From contig NW_018408909.1 in the NCBI RefSeq assembly GCF_002113885.1, positions 842,005-901,206 of the forward strand: a stretch of 59,202 nucleotides of DNA, written 5' to 3'. Under the pieces are notes generated by a model. The model did no database searches and was not told the DNA's origin. It was given only the letters and a program-made list of their open reading frames with translations. The stretch comes from Mizuhopecten yessoensis. Taxonomy: Eukaryota. The first letter of the stretch is position 1. Every line of letters begins with the position of its first letter. Shown here in pieces: positions 52,549 through 59,202 of the stretch. A program made the position numbers and the translations under genes.

Positions 52549-53091
52549 ATACCTTATCTTCAGCAGGTAGGGCGTAAGAATTGTACCTGCTGCCCCCAAT
52601 TGCATGATCGGAAGAGGCGACTAAATTTGGGACCTTATCTCTTCTCTCCTTTCTAAATAACTTTCTTCTTCCTAATGTCTCCCTTGACAATGCCTCACTT
52701 TCGGCCATTTGTTGAGCGTTCGCCCCTGTGAGGAAGGTTTTGGGTTCTGTCCCCTGGCCGAGACCTACCAAAGTCTTTAAAAATGGTAGTTTCTCCTCCT
52801 GCTTAACGCTCAGCAAATTAAGAGTGGGACGTCTGGTTTGCCCGTTGTCAGTATAATGTGACCGGGTGGGGCGTCCTGCTGGGTGTCTTCGGCAGTATGT
52901 CTCAGTGAGGTAGCACTATAAAGTCGGCATCAGTTCCGCGCTATCACAAGGAGACAAACACGAACATATCGCAGCCTCCCAAAATACACACACATACACT
53001 ACACGCATGCATCTTGCACACAGGGGAGGCCGTCCTTAAATGACCTTAGCTGTTAATAGGACGTTAAACAAAATCAAACAAACAAACAAAC
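52549..53091 (+). mobile_element. SINE (eroded tRNA-like head, MetaSINE-like body, (AAAC)n tail) with a 5' extension
   Basis: Three copies in the window. The body ccaaagtctttaaaaatggtag..gctcagca..ataatgtgaccgggtgg..tcagtgaggtagcactataaa resembles mollusc Meta-domain SINEs (from memory, not searched). Confidence 0.78.
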
Positions 53092-53457
53092 AAGCTCCAA
53101 TAGACACTTCTGTAGAAAATAGAGAAACAATGCTAATATAACGCAATTTTGAACTGAAATTAACCATTTGACATATATGATAGAATGCATGTAGCACATG
53201 ATGTACTTACGTTTGAACGGAAATATGTTACATACCATCACCTTACATGTTTTTATATTAAAAAACAAAATAGGCACGGATATTTGCAGATTATTTACAG
53301 ATGTCATATTCTATTCTATGGCCGACAGATTTTAGTAGAGCAAGACACTAACAAATTCTTCAGGGTGAGTTATCGGCAGTAAATGGATGTACATCCGAAC
53401 TATATCTTGGTTTATTATTAAGAGTGACATAATATAAATACTGTCTGCCTTTTACAG

Positions 53458-53591
53458 ATAAGTACAACACGTCCATTATGTACCCGTGCCTGATACATAA
53501 CGCCACATCATTACTGCAGTTCCCTGCAATCATCAGTGAACCCAATGCTGGTCCATGCTCTGCTGAATCGCTGAGTTCTTTAGACTCATTT
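53458..53591 (+). CDS. CD36/SR-B family receptor, exon 6
   Basis: tttacag| phase 1 KYNTSIMYPCLIHNATSLLQFPAIISEPN..LDSF|gtaagt, corresponding to the P...S.P motif. 134 nt. Confidence 0.82.
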
Positions 53592-54153
53592 GTAAGTAGT
53601 GTAGTTTGTGTGTCACAGCATCTGCTAAAAGAAAATATATTCCAATCGTTATTTGGGTCTCAAATACGATGACACATACTCCTATACATTTTATACTGTT
53701 TTGAAACTGTTTGCATTTTACACCTCGCGTTGCAAATCTTCCACTAATTGGGTTTCATCGCATAGTCGTTTTATGGACGAGAACGCAAATATTTTCGATA
53801 ACAATCAATATTTACTTTTTAAAACAACTGCAGCAGGTCTGTATATTCGTACTCGAAAAAGAGAAACATCAAACCAGTGTTATGATATGTATTGCTTCGA
53901 CTATCTCTATCATACATTTCGTGGTACGAAATTTTGGTGTGGTCTGGAGCAGAACCCATGTTATGTCCAAAATATCGTAATGTGTCGTATCGAAACCGCT
54001 GTTTCGTGAAGATAGTAGCCACTTTGCGGAATAATTTATCTTCTGCTATAAGAAGAATGACAATCTTGGCCAAATTCAAGAAGAATGTTAAAACTAGCCT
54101 GTTTACGTTTGCATTTTATTCTATTTTATACGCTATTTATTTACCTTTTATAG

Positions 54154-54354
54154 GTTGACGTTGAACCCTTCACTGGAAAAGTGTGGCGGAAAGTCACCAG
54201 GCTTCAGACAAACGCGCTGTTGCAGGCCAATGACGTCAACGCTCGTGGCGTGCTTCCATACAATGTGTCTGTGAACGATGATCCTTTCCCTATCTACTGG
54301 AGGGAAACAGTGATACACCTTACGGAAGCCGCCAGTAACCACCACCACGAAAAA
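54154..54354 (+). CDS. CD36/SR-B family receptor, exon 7
   Basis: tttatag|VDVEPFTGKVWRKVTRLQTN..FPIYWRE..HEK|gtaata, with the hallmark EPxTG, RLQxN and PxxW. 201 nt. Confidence 0.9.
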
Positions 54355-54802
54355 GTAATACTTTATAATGATAGTTTCCTTAATCAAAGATCATGCTTGT
54401 AGTTTACCACATAATATGTGAACGGTAGTTATGATACATTGCTCTGCCATAAAAGTGAAAGCTATTATCCAAATCTGATGTTAAGTTATGAAAGCTATCA
54501 GTTTTTATTAAGAAGTTAATCCTTTGAAATATAGGGACTTTCACGGGTTTAAGGGTGAGTTTATTGTAAAGGAGTTTTCAATTGCTTGTTATGTCACGCC
54601 TAACACTTATTATTCTCACAAAGACTTTTAGCCTTAATAACCGCTGTCACTTTTTAACAAGTATGTAGTCGATTGAAAAAAGAAGAATGTACTCGGGTCA
54701 ATTCTTCATTATATTTAATACTGATTTGTCGGTTTACATACACAAATCTGATCACGTCTTTCTGTATGCATGTAGATAACATTAATCCATATTTGTTGCT
54801 AG

Positions 54803-54991
54803 GTCACCAAACTAATGGACGCTTCCTGTGGTGGATTAGTCAGCCTCAGCATCATATCTTTGATCGTTGTCATCATCAGTGTTTTTATTATCATTAGACC
54901 CCATCGGATGCTAAGACGGGTGGCTCCAGTCCCGGAAGTAGCGGAAGACGACGTCTCACATATAACTAACAACAACAACAACAACAACTGA
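54803..54991 (+). CDS. CD36/SR-B family receptor, exon 8 (TM2, tail and stop)
   Basis: ttgctag|VTKLMDASCGGLVSLSIISLIVVIISVFIIIRPHRMLRRVAPVPEVAEDDVSHITNNNNNNN*. Confidence 0.85.
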   Translation, partial: VTKLMDASCGGLVSLSIISLIVVIISVFIIIRPHRMLRRVAPVPEVAEDDVSHITNNNNNNN

Positions 54992-57900
54992 TGGCTTAAT
55001 ATTGTTTGTATTTGAAACACAATGGTTGCTGTATCACTATTATAACGGTATTTTTCTTGGTTCAAATTTGTGGCATTATTCTGGAAATACACATTTAATT
55101 TTATGCAAGTCCGGTTTATGCAAGTCTGATTTTCTTGCTTTCCGGTCACTATTCCGAGGATGTTGAGGAAACGTAAATTGCAATCCTGAATATTAATTAC
55201 AAGTCTAGTTGTCTCAGTGTCATACTCCGGTCGGCAGTTTTGGAGATGTGTTCCGATTCTCTCATTTAAAAAAATGATTTATTATGAAATATAGTCACAT
55301 TGGATCACAATCTTTTTCATTTTGATGTACATTGTCTAGGGCATTACATGCAGTTTCTGCTTCTTATTTGTGCTGTTTAAATATATTGTATAAAATAAAG
55401 TATTTTTAATTTGATCATGTCAAAATTAGCAGGTGAAAATCATCCATAACATATTTTTATATCGGTTTAAGTGTTGTGTGCGTTCTCTATTTTCGTACAA
55501 ATTTTATGAGCCCCCGTCTGTGATATTTCATTGTGATTGTATACATCAAATTTTTCTTTGATCGTTTAAATAGAATTACAATAAAACTAAAACCATAGCC
55601 ATGTGTTTTTTCGTTAGAAATTTTAAGTCAAATATACTTTACACGGTACATATACCCAACCAAAACCTCTGAAGTGGCTGATTAGAAGTTACCTTAACCG
55701 TCATGTTGTTTTTGAATAAGTTTATCATTTATTTTACTTAAAAGTAGCATGTTTTAAGTTTTGACGAATTTTAAAGCTTGTTTGTAATTATAAGATTATG
55801 CAAAGGGAATCTAATGATGTATCTATTATATATATGTTACATTCCAGAGTTAGCTCACGCGAAACAGTGCAGACTTAACATCGTCTTCTTTTGTTTTTAA
55901 TTGGAAGGATTGGTGTGATAGTGTTTACTGTTTTGTTTGATTATTTAATCCAAGAGTTGTTATGGTAGCTGACTTTTTTTATAAGAATGTGTTTGAATAA
56001 CTTTCTGTTGAACGACTAGTTCACAAGAGGTAAAGTAAAAGTAAAGGTTTTTCGTTGTGACACTGAGCTAAGGATCTTTGTCCAACTGCCCTGTGGTATT
56101 TCCTATACACAGTAACCTCCCCTTACCGTCGTTTAGATATACATTTTTCTTCCACTGACCAGGTAGGTAACCCAATTGGTTAGAGCGATAGTACATTAAT
56201 CTGAATAATTGTTCGAACCCTGGTCTAACCACGCTTAATTTTAAAACTCAGTTTATTACATTTTCTTTATTTAATCTTCATTATTTTTCAAAGGTATTCT
56301 CGCAAGGTATGGGTTTCTTTTCGGAAATGATTTGTCAGAGTTATAGTGAGGCCAAGAAAAACACTTTTCAATTATTTATTTCAGCTTTGGCAGTTGTACG
56401 GGGATCCTTTAACAGAAGAACTCTTTAAGGTCATCTTTCCATGCTATTACATATCTACAATTTCAATAAATGACGTTTTAAACTCCTGTTTTGAATTATT
56501 TTTATGAAAATGGAAAATCTTCAAGAGGAAAATCGTTCTATCAGTAAAAGTATTTAACATCAGAATATAACCAAATACAAAACTTAATTGATATTCTATA
56601 TTTTAAAGTGTTTTTGTTTTAAACAAAATGCGTGTGTATCAAAACCCAAGAGATCAAGATCCTTGCGGTGTTTGCAGTTTCATTTAGGAAGAATACGAAC
56701 TTACTTCAAAATGAACCGGACCGAGATTCAAAGTGACTGTATATATAAACTGTTAGCCTCTGAGCGTTATTTATGCAGTGATCAGTGATGTTTGTTAGGA
56801 GATGTACATATTCTTACCTGCTGAAACAAATATGCATTGTGTACAAATTATAAATGCTCTGTGATATCTTAATATCAAGATACCGATAAAAACCTGTGTT
56901 ATTATATAACAGCCTTATTTAAATAGCTTTCACTACAATTGCACTGAAACGAATGTTAGTGAAAAAACTGACGACTTACTCATATTTGTTTTCTAGATAT
57001 ATGCGCTTTCTAATGCTCACAATAAGAACATATATTGTAAAAGACAAGCGGAATCCAAAACAGATATTTGTTAGCATACCTAAACTTTTTGTTAAATGTC
57101 TTACATCTTTATTTGTTAAACTGGACGTGAACTACATAATTATATTGCACTTGATCGACAACATTGTGTCTGTAATGCTCTAAAGACTTTTTTTTATCAC
57201 TGGGCTACGGATAAATTCAAGGTTACACCAAAATACAAAATGTCTTAATCTGATGTTACAGAAAGGGAAACCAAGCGTTGAAGTAGACTAAAGCATTGAC
57301 ATCTGACTTCAGTGACTTTTAAAAATGATCTATAGTGCTGTAGACACATGTCTGCAGATGCCGTGTATGGGAGACAAATATTCTCCAACCACAATATTGA
57401 TGATGTCATACGTTATCGTGTACGTTTACTATGACGTAACGATTACTGTTTCTCTTCCAAATAATCTAGTGAAGTACCTCTGAAGAGGGTGATCTGATCT
57501 GAGAAAAAGCTATTTACATATTGTCAATAGTGATCTATATCAATATATAATAACACTGTGTCGACGTGATGCGTATCGGTAAGCAAAGTGACATATAATT
57601 CCACTAAGCCAAGTGCACAGATGGTTGTAGTTTTTTTTATCAACGAGATATTGTAATAGATTAGTTAATGATTCATAACAACATAACACAAACAACAAAA
57701 TACACTGTAGCCTTGGATAATTTCTGGCCGCAGTTACGATTTACGAAATACTTCAAATTCAGATTATAAAAAGGACCCCCCCAACCTGGCCAACACTAGC
57801 ACGAACATAGGCCTATATCCCCTTGCGAAAGTCCAAATCACCTTCAGCGTTGTTGTGGTGAACCAGTCCCTCTGAATCTTTTCCTTGTAAACAGCATAGA

Positions 57901-58721
57901 TCCAGAAATATCATGTGGACAACAAACACAACAGCAGAGTACTGTCCAGTAATTATTTAAATGGTGTAGTTGGGGCTGTGGGTGGGTAAATTGTTCAACA
58001 GGATTCGAGCAGCCACATCCTGGACAGAGATATTCAGGGGCATGGATACGCTTAAAATTCATAAGCGCAAAATTAGTAAATAAAGCGTCTAGCTTAGTTA
58101 AGATTTTCATTTTAACTAAACTGGTGTTATCATATAATTGATAAACCTTATTATAATGCACATGTCACTAAAAACAAGCAATGTAGATCATTGACAAAGA
58201 TGAAGTCAACGATGTAGCACAAGTGTATTTTGTTGATATTAAATAAAGAAAACAAACGTGGGAATTTGTTTGAGGATGTTTCTGGTTTTAGATATCTAAG
58301 CAGAATTCTTTGGAACAAGAACAATGTGCATAACATTATTAGTGATATTTAATAGAAATTATAAAATAGTCTGTTTTGAATTATTGGCAAGGTTTCTATG
58401 TTTTAATAGATTTTGGTATTTGATATTGATTACTTTTTGAATCAATCTCTGTTGTTTGAGTTTTTAATAGTATTTTTCTGAAAGTCAACAGTATCGAAAT
58501 TAAGATATAAAATTTTGAGAAAAGATATCACCAATTAAATTTACAGTTCGATGACACTGCCCAGAAATAAACATTTTCTCTGAATACGTCTGAAAGATAC
58601 CAATTGTTAGCGGCAAACCTCGAATGTCAATATACATGGTGTATTACCTACATAATGATCTTACATCTGTTTTGATCGTTTTGTTTCTCCGTACAATATA
58701 GAGTTTGAATAATGAGTAGAT

Positions 58722-58798
58722 ACTCAGAATTGTTCCTCTCCACGGAAATCTTTAGTAAAAGGCGAAAGATGTATTCGTGGTTTTGAGGAGAAACCAGA
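58722..58798 (-). ncRNA. U5: U5 snRNA-derived sequence, 3'-truncated (probable pseudogene)
   Basis: Reverse complement tctggtttctcctcaaaaccacgaatacatctttcgccttttactaaagatttccgtggagaggaacaattctgagt contains the invariant loop I GCCUUUUAC and stems Ia-Ic. No AUUUUUUG Sm site follows. Confidence 0.88.
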
Positions 58799-59202
58799 TC
58801 AAATAGCCAACACCATGTTTTAGGTCATAAGTTATATTTTGAATCATTTGAATCGGTGCGTCGTTACAAAGACAGCTGATTTCCTTCTTTGTTTTTCAAT
58901 TTTACCAAAAAATACACCATATTTCAACGATATCATGTAAAAGGGTGTTTTAAACATTGTTAAAAATAACGTTAACTAAAAGGTGACGATTGTTTAACGT
59001 TTTGTCTCACGATTTCCAATTTCCTTTGTTATAAACGTTTCGGGAACGTTTCGTAATCATATTTGATGTTGGAAAGAGAGACGCAAGATGAATGTCTGAT
59101 GTTTTGTCTTTAAATTGGGACTTATTAAGGAAATATTATCAGAAGAATTACATTTTTAAAAGTATTTAATAACCGACAATAATTTTACGTGATGAATCCT
59201 AA

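Noticed and set aside
53329-53364. Possible extra micro-exon of the CD36-like gene (cag|ILVEQDTNKFFR|gtgagt)
   Set aside because: It is phase 0/0, while exons 5 and 6 join directly in phase 1. Not needed without transcript evidence.
57780-58161. Cys-rich minus-strand ORF or coding-like patch
   Set aside because: No recognisable motif, stops in the alternative frame, and no partner exons identified.

Overview
Eukaryotic, AT-rich, repeat-dense genomic DNA; the repeat families point to a bivalve mollusc (inference). It holds two divergently oriented, intron-containing genes. (1) The first three coding exons of protein-L-isoaspartate O-methyltransferase (PCMT1) lie on the minus strand and the gene runs off the left edge. 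(2) A complete 8-exon CD36/scavenger-receptor-class-B family gene lies on the plus strand (28785-54991, 705 aa by my splice model), with an unusually large Cys-containing insert in its ectodomain. Mobile elements: a Helentron-type non-autonomous element with an internal 145-bp array, three CR1-group LINE relics (one near full length with a 2A/StopGo motif ahead of ORF2), a Penelope-like relic, SINEs and two tiny MITEs. Also present are three minisatellites and a 3'-truncated U5 snRNA copy. The most notable item is a Ty3/Gypsy LTR element nested in a LINE. Its short LTRs end TA...TA, and where a tRNA primer-binding site should be it has a sequence complementary to its own LTR, which predicts tRNA-independent self-priming. 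A 694-bp duplication around the single N at 16117 is probably an assembly artefact.
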